From: Azolla caroliniana
Taxonomy: Eukaryota; Plantae; Polypodiophyta
Reading direction: 5' to 3'
NCBI GenBank assembly: GCA_043228905.1
Contig: JBHGNT010000010.1
Location: 7,998,001 to 8,062,000, forward strand
Length of the DNA: 64,000 bases
Under the pieces are notes generated by a model. That model was not told the DNA's origin and did not search any database. It saw only the letters and a list, made by a program, of their open reading frames with translations. Within the stretch, counting starts at the first letter, position 1, and each line of letters begins with the position of its first letter. The translations under genes and the position numbers were made by a program. Below are positions 26,101-38,047 of this stretch, one piece after another.

Positions 26101-28363
26101 TGTGAAGATCACGCACCGGTTGCGTAAGATGGGGTTTGTGGCCTCCAAATCGGACTCTTCATTGTTAATCTGGCAAGGCTCAGCCGGTCCGGTATGTATA
26201 TTGCTATATGTTGATGATCTAGTCATCACCGGACCAGGTGTTCCGGAAATCAACCGCATCAAGTCCCAGTTGTCGAACGCATTTGAGATGAAGGACCTGG
26301 GGGACCTTCATTACTTCCTAGGAATCGAGGTGATCCACACCCTCGACGGCATATTGCTTTCACAACGGCATTACGCGTTGAATATGCTGTACAAGTTCGG
26401 CATGACAGAATGCCGACCTGTCTCTACACCCTTAGACCGGAATCAGAAGCTCCGTCCCAACTTCGGACCGGCCTGCAACGAGCAACGGTTCCGACAGATT
26501 GTCAGAAGCCTTATCTACTTGACTATCACGCGACCCGACATCAGCTATCCGGTCGGAATGATAAGTTAGTTCATGCAGTAGCCGACTGTGGAGCACCTTC
26601 AATGCGCACAACGGATATTGCGGTATGTCAACGACACGAAGGACCAGGGACTGTTATACCGGCGAGGTATAACCGAAGAGCTCTTCGGGTACACGGATGT
26701 CGACTGGGCCATCGATGCATAAGATCGCCGATCAACCTCTGGTTACATGTTTTCCCTAGGTAGCGCGGCTATTGCGTGGAGCAGCAAAAAGCAGCCAACA
26801 GTTGCTATGTCGAGCATTGAGGCTGAGTACCGGGGCGCGACCGTGGTTACCTGCGAAGCCATTTAACTTCGGCGACTGCTCCAAGACTTGCGGATCGAGG
26901 TACCGACCCTGATCCCGCTTTATTGTGATAACATCAGCAGCATGCAGCTTGCCAAGAACCCTGTGTTCCATGCTCGCACGAAGCACATAGAAGTGCATTA
27001 TCATTTTGTGCATGAGCGGGTCCTGAGCGGTGAAGTTGAACTTCAGTATGTTCACACGGATCGGCAAGTTGCCGACATCTTCACCAAGCCGCTCGGATCA
27101 GACAAGTTACAACACTTTACCGACATGCTTGGTGTTCAGCATCTCGACGTGCCGCACTTGAGGGGGAGAAGCAGGGGCAAAGAAACTACCGAAATGGGCA
27201 AAGGCAAAGAAACTGTTGAACCCGTCAGTAAGAGAATAACCAGAAGAAGGGGAGACAAGAAGACGAAAGAAGCCGAGTCGACGAAGGAAGTCGACACATC
27301 CGAACAAGTCGGAACGAGCGGCAGTGCTGGCAAGGTCAAGGAGGACCAAGCCAACCGGAAGGAGGAAGAAGTGTGCACTCAGGAAGAGAAGTGCATGCTA
27401 TGCGGAGGTCACCACAACGGAAGTGACCATGATGTGGAGTCAAATATAGAATTCGACTTCAGTGAACCGTCTGAAGAAGCCGAAGATGGAAGCAAGGCCA
27501 AGACATGAACGTGGTCTGATATGGTGAAGGGTCTGAAACCGGTAGAAGAATTGGAGAATACCGATTCAGACAAGAGCTGGAACGAGTCGGAGACAACCGA
27601 CTCGGATCAATAGACGGATCCGGATGAGTCGGATCAACTGAAGGCCAAGGAGACACGGACGCAGCGGAAGTCGATGCCATCGCGGAGGAACCGACGGATC
27701 GGCAAGCGCCGGAGTCATAGCAACGAAGGAGCTGAGATGGGCCTATTGAGCAGACATGCCGACCGAGAAGGTCGAGGCGCGCAGAACCAAAGGGGTCGCG
27801 GCAAACGGGACCGGACCAGATGAGGAGCTCGAGCAAGGTGAAGCGACGCCAGGAGATGTCGGTTGGTAGAACCGACTGCCACAGACGTTGACACTACTAT
27901 CCTACCTCAGGTTGAGCTTGAGGGGGAGTGTTGAGCGGCAAGCTCAACTGGAGCCGGATCGGCTGAATAAGCCTGAGCCGGTAAGCGAAACGGATCGGTA
28001 TGACGGTGAGCAACCGAGCCGGCAAGCAACAAAGCCAGTGAGCTGGGGAGCCGGTTAGCCGGTTAGCCGGATCCAATCGGTAACCGACAGCCTAGTGTTA
28101 AGTTTAGACTACTAGGCAGTTATAGTCTCGTAGTAAGTGTCAGATGCTCATGTGAGCATTGAAGTACACGGTACTTCTGTCAGTCCCATGAGGACTTGTA
28201 TAAATAGCGCTGGTAAGCGCATTGTATGTACAGAGAACATTTCATATAATTTTGAATTAACGTTCTGCTCTCTTTGTCTGTCTGTCTCTCCCGCGTACTC
28301 TCTCTCTCACTCAGTGTTTCCTGTGTTTCTATTTTTACGCTTCCGCAAACATATACGTTTTCA
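23124..28363 (+). mobile_element. Element L: Ale-like copia with both LTRs, TSD ATATA
   Basis: LTRs 23124-23540 and 27929-28363; PBS TGGTATCAGAGC 23541-23552; PPT 27921-27928; ATATA at 23119-23123 and 28364-28368. Confidence 0.96.
23636..27508 (+). pseudogene. gag-pol: L gag-pol (gag, CCHC, protease, integrase, RT, RNase H, C-terminal extension)
   Basis: CWYCGNKGHRESEC, WYVDSGAS, HSDVWG, RSDGG, YVDD, KHIEVHYHFV; premature stops; IN-RT linker deleted. Confidence 0.93.
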
Positions 28364-28555
28364 ATATACATACACAACTTTCTGGCTAATTACATACGTA
28401 GCCCTCATGGGGCGCACACTTAGATTATTTACAAGTATAGTCACCCGAGTTGGCTATTTACACGATTCCGGTTTCGGCCTCGACTGAGTCACTCATCAAC
28501 TCGACTCCTCTGTCTTTCCCATCTGGAGGGACTTATTTCTACACATCATCATTAT

Positions 28556-29005
28556 TGTTGTTCGGTTGACAAATTACTACTTTGCCGACATAGTATTAGA
28601 CGAACGTTCTATCAAGAAGTTGTGGTTAGACGAATAGATACGAATTATCTATAAACTTATCGGTGATAACAGACACCGAGATCGTGACTTATGTAATATA
28701 GCTTAGACAGAAGGAAATAGATGGCAAGAGCAATCCATACACAGAGGTTTCCTAAATAAACTTTATATTACTAAATACAACGATAGATTTTTACAATGCC
28801 TTCGGTTCCTTTTATAGGTAACCTGAAGGTTTTTTCTCATCAAGAAATCCTTCTGCCTATAATTAACTAGAATTACAAAACTTCATAACTAACTATGTCC
28901 TATTCGGCTATCTGCTGAGTCATCGATCCGAACTGTCAATTCGACTCCAACTCCAACTCCGAACATCCTTCCAACTCCGACGCATCCATACTTGTCCGGG
29001 TAACA
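28556..29005 (-). repeat. 3' LTR of E
   Basis: Direct repeat of 37416-37866; TATAAAAGG on the minus strand at ~28808-28816. Confidence 0.95.
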
Positions 29006-29007
29006 CT

Positions 29008-29022
29008 TGGCATGCCCGTGGG
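29008..29022 (+). promoter_or_regulatory. Inverted PBS-like site in the PPT position of E
   Basis: TGGCATGCCCGTGGG on + strand 2 nt from the LTR; resembles E's own PBS; no purine tract adjacent. Confidence 0.7.
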
Positions 29023-29213
29023 CCAGGACGTTGTCCGGCAAACCCATAGAAACCCCATCACTCCTGCTGCTCTGAGGGAAGATCTTCCTCCAACTCCAAT
29101 TCATCGTCTGCATCATCCTGCAGAATGTCGAACAATGAGGGTTCTTCTTCCTGTGGTGTCATGCCGACATAGACTTCGTCTTCATCTTCGGTGTCCTCCC
29201 CGTCGTCGTTTTC

Positions 29214-31820
29214 CTAGTGTGCTTCTTCGGTCGATGGCGTTGGATCTACTAATTCCGGTGCTCCGAGTCCAGGTGTTTTGCTTATTCTTTCGGCTTTGAT
29301 ATTGTCTAACTCGACGGACGTATTGACATCATGCTTGTCGAATTCTTGCATGATTCGATTAATTTCTTCTCTGAAATAAGCTACCATGTCGTAAAGGTCT
29401 TTAGCAATATCTTCTTGAACCGTGGTCATTGCTTCCTCCAACATCTTGAGGAAGCCTTTACCTTGAACTTTTCTATCTTCTCTGTCGGCTCGTAATAGCT
29501 GAAGCTCTACAACTTGCGCCGACCATGTTTGCCAACCCTTCTCCAACGATTCATTGACCAATTTTAGGGTGTTAAGCCAGTGACGTCTTATGATTGCTTG
29601 AACCTTGTCCTGAGTCATTCTTGCCTCAAACTGTGTTGTTGCCAATGTTCTTCGCAAATCAATTATTACTGCATTGGTATGTCCTTCGGCCTGCATAAGT
29701 TTGGCTTGTGCCACTAAGAGGTCAAGTCGCCTTTTCTCGGAGACCGTTTGAACTTCTGCACATCGGTTTTCCAACCTCTCTTTCTCCGCATTCCAATCGT
29801 TCTACTGCTAAATCATTTTTCCATTGATTTCTTCTAGCAGTTTGTCTCTTCCAGCCAACTGTGTTGTAAAACAAGTCTCTTGGCTGCTGACATACTCTTC
29901 CAGTTCTTTGATTTGTTGCTTTGTAGCCTCTTTTTGTTGGGCTAACTATTGGTGTAAATCTTGTATCACATTATCTTTTTCCTCTAAGCATTTGTCAGTT
30001 GTTGTTTTTGCTGACTATAATTGATCCTCCATTTCTCTGGACCTGTCTTCGGCCTTTTCTGCCCTAATTTCCGCTTCTGTTCGTGCTTTTTCGGCATTTT
30101 CCAACTTCTTTTGTAATTCTGAATCCATCTCCAAAGGTTCTTTTTGTGACTCTAGCTGTAATATCTGCTCTTTCGCTTGTTCTAGGGCCACTTGTGCTTT
30201 TTGCAGTTTAGCCTTCAACTGCTGATTTTCTTCCTACGTCCGTTTATACTATGCATTAAGCACATCTGCTGCTATTGTTGCCCTTTTGTATAATTCAGCC
30301 ATATCCTTGGCTGCTCTGTTAGCCTTTTCATATTCCCTATGTACTTCGACCAGTGCCTCATGTAATAGTGGTATCTGGATGGCTTCACCCCTATTTTTAG
30401 CATTTCGCTATCGACCAATTCTATCCACTTCTGCTTGCTCATTGGGTTCGACAGCTCCACATAATGACTTTTGGATCATTATTTGATCCCGGTGCTCTTG
30501 TGCCATTCTTTCCGACACTTCCAAGAGTCTTTTAGCTAACCACTCTACCAATTCATATGATGTTCTGAACTGCAGAATGGCAGCTAGCTCATGTGTTGCT
30601 GCTGGGATGTTGGAAAAACCAAGTGCCTCTTGCACCATTGCTATTGATACCTACCCTTTTTTAATTCGTGAAGTGTCATCGGGATTAACACGAGGTACTT
30701 GTGTGCTTTGGGCGACTGGATCATTAGTTCTCTGTTTCTTCTGCGGAGGTTGTTCTTTCTCTGGTCTAGAATATCTTTGGGACCATTGTTTAACCCTGCG
30801 TTGCTTCGGCGGCTGCTGCTCAGTGTCAACTTGTGTCGATTCTTGTTGTTGTGAGGGTTGCTCGTCTATCATCTCGCTTTGTTGCGTCCTCGGTGGTTGA
30901 ACCTCCAGTTGTTGAGTAGCCGGTTGTTGGTCAGGATTGGGTTGCGGTGTCAACTGTTGAGACTGCGTTGACTGTTGTTGTTCCGATTCTTGTTGTTGCC
31001 TTGGGTCCGATTGGTCAAAATCGGTCTGAGTGGTATCGTCATGCGCCGATTCTTCTTCCCTCCACTCTTCCTGTTGGACTTGTCGTCAAGTTCGGGATGA
31101 TTGTACCTGAGGCGGCCTACGCACCTCTGATCGGTTTTCCAGCTCTGAAGTCGGAAATAATACCGATAACCAACGAGCAAAAATCGGCTTCATTGGTTTT
31201 CCCTTCTAAACTCCACTCAGTTGCTCTCTCAGAGCATCTGCTGACAGTAGCCCCCAATCGAAAGCTTTGCCTTCATAAGCGGCAATGATAAATCCGGCCC
31301 TCTTTTTGGGCATACAGTAGAATCTCGGACTAACAAACTCTACTTCCAATAGAAATTTTGCAACTTCATGAAAAAACACATCCCTACCTCCTTGTGTCTG
31401 ATACGCTTTGGCGGAGGGCGAATACTCACCAAAATAGGACCGCAAACCATCTTTTGTGACCTTGTTGATAACGTCGAACCCGCCTCTTGGCATCTCCAAC
31501 ACCGTTCTTACCTTCTTATTAGTGATCGTCGAGACATCGATTTCTGTCATCAAAGCTTCCGCGTGCGGGTGTGGCTCTGCTTCTGCGACTTTCAAGAATC
31601 CTTGTAAGTTATTGCAAACGAGCCAGCGGCGCAAGTTATCAGATATGGTAATCGGCATATTGTCATCGTCGCTTGACAGATCGTCACTCTGTGGTGGCGG
31701 TGGAAAACGATGTGGGCTATGGCGAAGAAGATCAGAAAACTTGTGAGCTCGAATGCGTTTCTGCTTCTGTGGTGAAACTGACATTACAGAAATAGGTTTT
31801 AAGGAATTAATTTTTTGCAT
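29214..31820 (-). pseudogene. E 3' extra ORF (conserved N domain, Q/P-rich linker, long coiled coil)
   Basis: ORF pieces 31206..31820, 30651..30953, 30408..30638, 30015..30218 and 29214..29774; homologous to the B extra ORF. Confidence 0.78.
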
Positions 31821-32047
31821 GATGCCTAGGAAATAAAAGTACTATTAATGTGATAATGATTAGGTGTACTAGTGGAGTAATAGCTAGAAATAGCAATAAT
31901 GACTAATAGAAATATGCCTCCACTAGTTTTACTTATAGCCTTCTAAAATCACTCCAAGATTCTCTTCTTGACAGTTAGTTATGATTTGGCAAGAAAATTT
32001 TCTATAGTTAGTTTATATATATATATTTATATATATTTATTTATTTA

Positions 32048-35000
32048 TTACTTTTCTTCCGATTCAACCTTGAATGGATTTTCCGGCATGTCTCCATGAT
32101 ATGGCTTAAGCCGGAAACCATTGACCCATTTCGGCAAAATCTCACCTGATAGGGTTCCCAATTGATATGTACCATTTTTACTGTTCACAATCCAAATTGG
32201 TCTTATCCATCTATACCGAAGTTTACCTGGCATAGCCCCCATCCTGGTCTGAAAAACAAGTACCGGTTTCCCGATTGCGAATTGAGTTTCGGTTTTTCAT
32301 CGGTGTCGATTTACAAATGCCTTCGTTTGCCTCTGCGTATGCTCCAAGGCTAACATAGCTTGTATTCGGTCTTCCTCTAACAGCAATAAAGATTCCTTCC
32401 GAATTTGCTCTGACTGTAGTTCATTTAATTTTTTGGTTGCTTGTATTCAAAGTGTCGGAATCTGGAATTCGAATGGCATAACTGCCTCCAATCCGAAAGC
32501 CATTCGAAAAGGTGTTGATTTAATAGATGTTTTGTACGACGTGCGATATGCCCATAAAGCACTATGTAACTTTTGATCCTAGTCCGTACGATTCTCATTT
32601 ACTATCTTTTTGAGTATCGTCTGGAGGGTTTTATTTGTCGACTCCGCCAAGCCACTCGCTTGTGGATAGTAAGGCGTTCTTTTCTTATGAACCACTGCAT
32701 AGTATGTAGACAATTCATGAACAAGCTTGTTAATGAAATGTGTACCTTGGTCGATTACTAATTCTATTGGGCAACCGAATCTACACCATATACTTTCGTA
32801 CAAAAATTTTGTTGTTGAAGCTGTCGTATTATCCCTAAGAGCTTTAGCTTCTACCCACTTCATGCAGTAGTCAGTGGCAACTGTAATATATTGATTGCCT
32901 ATTCTTACTATTGCCGGTTTAAATGGGCCTAAAATATCCAAACCCCATTTCTTGAAAGGTTCAAGAGGTAACAAAAGTTGAAATGACATCCGATCCTTTT
33001 CTGTCGATTGTCCCATACGTTGGCATAAATCACATTTTCAACAATATTCGACTGCATCCTTCGTCACTGTCAGCCACCATAAGCCACTGTTCCATATTTT
33101 TCTGGTTGTGGTTGCTCCAACATAGTGTCCTCCTGCAATTCCACAATGTGATTCCCGAAGAATGACAGATTTTTCGAATTGTCGTACTGCTCTTCTCCAA
33201 ATACCATCTGCTCCTTTATGATACAAAGTGTCGTTCAAAAGACAAAAATTACGACTTCGTACCGCCAACCTTTTCCTTTCGTCTGCCGACAGATGCTTGG
33301 GTGGTATCCCTGTTGTAAGAAAGATTGACATCTCTAAGATCCAAGCATCCACACTTTCTTCATTTATATCCTGTGCATTTATTGCTTCCTCTCGAAAAAG
33401 CTGGGCATCCGTAAAATCATCCTTGACACCTGTGCCTTCTTCTCCTGACTCCAGTCGACTGAGATAATCGGCCACTGCATGCTATACTCCTGGCCGATGT
33501 AAAATGTCGAATTTGAATTCTTGGAGTAGAAGAATCCATCTTGCTAACTTACCAGTTAACTCTTGTTTCGAGACCAAATAAAGAAGAGTCGAATGATCAA
33601 CATGAAATGTAAACTTTTTCCCCAAAAGATAGTGTTGAAATTTATTGACACTATAGATCATTCCTAAAGCTTCCCTCTCAGTTGTAGAATAATTTCTTTC
33701 CACTGTTGAGAGTTTCCGACTAGCATAGTACACTAGCCTGTACCAATTCGGTTTGGTTAACTGCATTAATGCACTTTCGATTGCGATGTCCGATGCGTCG
33801 ACAAAAACATGGAACAATTTATTCTAGTTAGGTGGTTGAACCATGGGAACTTTGGACAACATTTTCTTGAGACAATCATATGCATCCTGTTCCACACTTG
33901 TCCACTGAAAAGGAACTTTGTGCACTGTTGTATGTAAGGGAATGGCGATATCCGCAAGATATCTTATCATTCTGCTGTGCCATCTAATCTGACCTAAAAA
34001 CCGACTGAGAGCTTTAGCATTTGTGGGTGCCGGTGCTTCCAGTATGGCTTTAACCTTGTCGGGGTCCACTACAATTCCTTCTTGACTGACAATATGGCCT
34101 AATAATGTGGCACTAGTGACCCCGAATGCACATTTTGCCGAATTTAAACTAAGCCGACCTGTCCGACCTGTCCGACATTTCTCCAAACATAGTCGTCGAT
34201 GCTCAAAATGTTCGTTTTTCCGACTATAAACCGCAAAATCATCCAAAAAGACTTGCATAAATGCAGGAATGTAATCCCCAAATATTTCCTGTATCACTCT
34301 TTGGAATGTCGCCGGGGCGGTCTTCAAGCCAAACATCATTACTTCCGCTACAAACACTCCCCATTCTGTAACAAAAGTTGTCTTTTCTTGATCTTCCGGA
34401 TTCATCCGAACCTGATTGTAACCACTAAAACCATCTAGGAAACTATAGAATTCATGGCCAGCTACCGCATCCAATATACCATCCATAAATGGTAATGGGA
34501 ACGCATTTGTAACAGTAGCCGCATTCAGTTTTCGGTAGTCGACACATACCCAAATCTTGCCATTCTTTTTTGGAACTACTACGATTGGGCTTAACCATGT
34601 CGATTTTTTCACCGGACGAATAAACCCTACTTTCAAAAGTTTATCTATTTCTTCCTTTACTTTAATAGCATAATTAGGATTTAATCAGTACCTACGTTGT
34701 TGAACTAGCTTTGCATCCTTATGTAGGTTGATTTGATGTTGACAGAAAGTTGGGTCAAGTCCCTTCATATCTTCAAAAGACCATGCAAAGACATCTTTAT
34801 ATTGCTTTAATAATGCCGTTAACCGTTTTTTGTCAGCTTCTATCATATCTTTAGCAATGAGTATTGTTTCCAACTCATTGTCCTTATCTTCTTCTGCCAA
34901 ATTTATTTCCTCCAATGTTGAAGCTTGAACTCATGGGGACACCTTCATCTCTCTGTCGGTAGCTTCTTGCTGGAGTCGTATTTCCTTCATTGTTTGCTCA

Positions 35001-37162
35001 TCTATTGATGATTCCTCTTGGGAATCCACATATGGTGTTAGGGCTTGTAAAATATCCACTTCGAACAAAGGAATGATTTTCGGATTATCATCAAAATACT
35101 GATTTTCTTCGGCCTCGTCCAATCCTTTCATCATATTGACGGATTCAGCATGCACTGGCAAACATTGTTTGCTTGTCGCAACCTTGTTTTGTGTAGACAA
35201 CCAGATTTTCGTTTTGCCTTTTCTAAACGTTAATTGATTCTGATTCCAATTCTGCTTGATATTAGTAGTCTTTAACCATGGCCGACCTAATAGTAAGGGA
35301 TATGCACCAGGAGCTTCCAAATGAAGTATTATTGCCGATATCAAAAAACTATGACCACCCAACACCACCTCTAATTGTCGGAGTAAGCCAATTGGTCGTA
35401 CCATACTGGTATCTATCATTCTTAGCCAAAATGGGCAAGCTTCCCATTTAGTAATACCCAACCTATCACAAGTGGTTTTATTAATGACATTTACTCCTGA
35501 GCCACCATCGACAATCACATTTTCGATTTCCTGACCATGAATTATTACTTTAATCGATGGATTCTGCTCATCCATGATTGAAGGGCTAGTGCTCGGCTGA
35601 CTATAATGTATGGATACTTGTTCTGACCCTTTTTGGGCAATCAATGTCGCCACCTTTTCGGTAAAGCTAGGAACCAACTTAAGTAATCCGGTCAGTGGTA
35701 GTGATACCTAGCAATCTGCCAAGATCTTCCAAGTTTCCTCTTGTTTTGGTACAGCCGTAGCTCTTGGTAATTTGGTAGCTTGGTTAATTTCATTGTCTTG
35801 GAGCATCTGGTTTACATTATTTTGGTTTGCTTCCTCTACCCATTCCTTGGCTGCTTTACGGACTGCTTCCTGAATCTCCCACTCAGATTGTTTACTTTTG
35901 CTTCTAGTGGTTACTTGTTGTATTTCCAGTATAACCATATTAACCACCGGTCCTTTTCCTTTAGTAGGACACTGATTAGCATAATGACCAGTTTGATAGC
36001 AAATATAGCAAGTAGGAACAAATGTTCCACTTCCCTCGCCTTGCACAAACTGACCAGGCCCGTCATTTTGCATAAACTGCTGACCATCATTCCCATTGGA
36101 ATTCGGCGATTGTTGAAACTATCGTGAGGCTTTCAACTTGTAGAATTTTTTATTTTTATACCGGTTCTGCTTAAACTGTCCTCCATTTTGTTGTTGCTGA
36201 TTCATATTCAGTACTGCCGAGAATTCTTGATTTTGTTGAAAATCTTGATTGTGTTGAAAATTATTTTGTTGAAAGGCCTGATTATTTTGTTGAAAAGCTG
36301 GATTCTGTTGAAAATTATTTTGCTGAAAGGCTTGATTTTGTTGAAAATTATGTTGTTTTTGTGGAAAACTATTCTGTTGGTACCCATTATTGAATGAATT
36401 CTGGTTATTGTGGTACCCGCTTTCCGGAAAATTTTGTCTTACCAGAGTCGTTGTTTTATTGAGCAAGTTATACTCACATTGCTCGATTGAACGAAGTTTA
36501 GAATGACATATTGTGCAGTGCGTTCGTAAACTACATTCGATCGCCGAATGACCAGTATTTAAACAAGTAGTACACTGAACTTCTTGTCGAAATTGTAACT
36601 CCTCCATCGTTGGCAGTGTACGATTTAGTGCTGACATATCCATACTTCGTACATTTATTGGCTGTCGGCCCATAGCGATTGCCTTATCAATCACTTGCTC
36701 GATATTTTGATTCTGGAAATCGAACACCTTCAATGTTGTTCGTAATGGTTCACGAATTGCTTCAAGGAATACATCCTTCAATTCATTGTCCGAAATAGGC
36801 CTAGAAATTTGAAGTTGCAAATTCTAAGAACGGATCACGAATTGAGGCACCGTTTCCTGCTGCTCCTGATACAACGCATAAAATTGCGCTATCAAATCCT
36901 TTTGAGGTATCTAACGATGAAATAACAACAGAAATTTGTTGTTCAATTGTTCGAATGTTTCGAACCCACGGAGACCATTTTGCACAAACCAATTAGCGGA
37001 ATAACCCTCCAATGACAAAACGAACTCAGCAATCTTAGACTTATCTTCACCTGCCGCTGACAGTCTCTGAGCTCCATGGTTAATCTCCCATGTTGTCAGG
37101 AAATCCCTCGCATGCACTTCTACATCAGCTCTCTCACGAAACTTCGAGTATGGATAAGGCAT
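32048..37162 (-). pseudogene. gag-pol: E gag-pol
   Basis: Three zinc-knuckle-like motifs, VIVDGGSGVN protease, LDGFSGYNQ/FLDD RT, VFVDASD RNase H, HHCC and WGLDILGP integrase. Confidence 0.93.
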
Positions 37163-37391
37163 ATTGTCCTCACTCCAAATATCGTAAAATTATACCTCTT
37201 CCAGCTGATTTTCGTCGAAAGACTAGCTATCAGTTAAATCAGGAAGTACAGACCACCTTCTACTTGTTTCCGGCTGTAATACCTCAGCCGATTCGGTCTC
37301 TAGCGTCTTCGTAACAGAACGTTTACAATCGACTAGTGTATTCGAACCAGACGACATCCATTCGTCTTGTTCTCTCCTATGTGTAGATGTA

Positions 37392-37404
37392 ACCGGGCGT
37401 GCCA
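37392..37404 (-). promoter_or_regulatory. PBS of E, tRNA-Arg(UCU)-like, 11 nt from the 5' LTR
   Basis: TGGCACGCCCGGT; complementary to the recalled plant tRNA-Arg end ...CCCACCGGGCGTGCCA. Confidence 0.75.
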
Positions 37405-37415
37405 AAATTATACTA

Positions 37416-37866
37416 TGTTGTTCGGTCGACAAATTACTACTTTGCCAACACAGTATAAGACGAACGTTCGCACCGAACGTTCTATCAAGAAGTTGTGGTT
37501 AGACGAATAGATGTGAATTATCTGTAAACTTATCAGTGATAACAGACACTGAGATCGTGACTTATGTAATATAGCTTAGAAAGAAGGAAATAGATGGAGA
37601 GAGCAATCCGTACATAGAGGTTTCCTAACTAAACTTTATATTACTAAATACAACGATAGATTTTTACAATGCCTTTGGTTCCTTTTATAGGTAACCCGAA
37701 GGTCTTTTCTCATCAAGAAATCCTTCTGCCTATAATTAACAAGAATTACAAAATTTCGTAACTAACTATGTCCTATTCGGCTATCTGCTGAGTCAGCGAT
37801 CCGAATTGTCGATCCGACTCCGAACATCCTTCCGACTCTGACGCATCCATACTTGTCCGGGTAACA
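37416..37866 (-). repeat. 5' LTR of E
   Basis: Direct repeat of 28556-29005. Confidence 0.95.
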
Positions 37867-38047
37867 ATTATTATTATTACTATAATAATAATAGTCGAAT
37901 CTTCAAACAGTCGACTCACTGTTTTCGACTCTTCGACTGTTGGCTTTCCGAACAGTCGGATCTTCCCTATCATCGACTGTCAGCTTTCCGATCAGTCGGT
38001 TCTTCCTCCCATTGGAGGGACATATTCCCAACAAACTCCCCCTTCAC

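Larger units (their letters stand above)
28556..37866 (-). mobile_element. Element E: full-length non-chromovirus gypsy with 3' extra ORF, TSD ATTAT
   Basis: LTRs 28556-29005 and 37416-37866 (minus: TGTTA...CAACA); ATTAT at 28551-28555 and 37867-37871; gag-PR-RT-RH-IN on minus. Confidence 0.96.

Noticed and set aside
29214-31820. Calling the extra ORF env
   Set aside because: No clear signal peptide or transmembrane segment visible
28556-37866. E transcribed from the + strand with antisense gag-pol, making 29008 the ordinary PBS
   Set aside because: LTR TATA box and all ORFs are on minus, a PBS exists at the minus 5' end, and no + strand PPT precedes 37416
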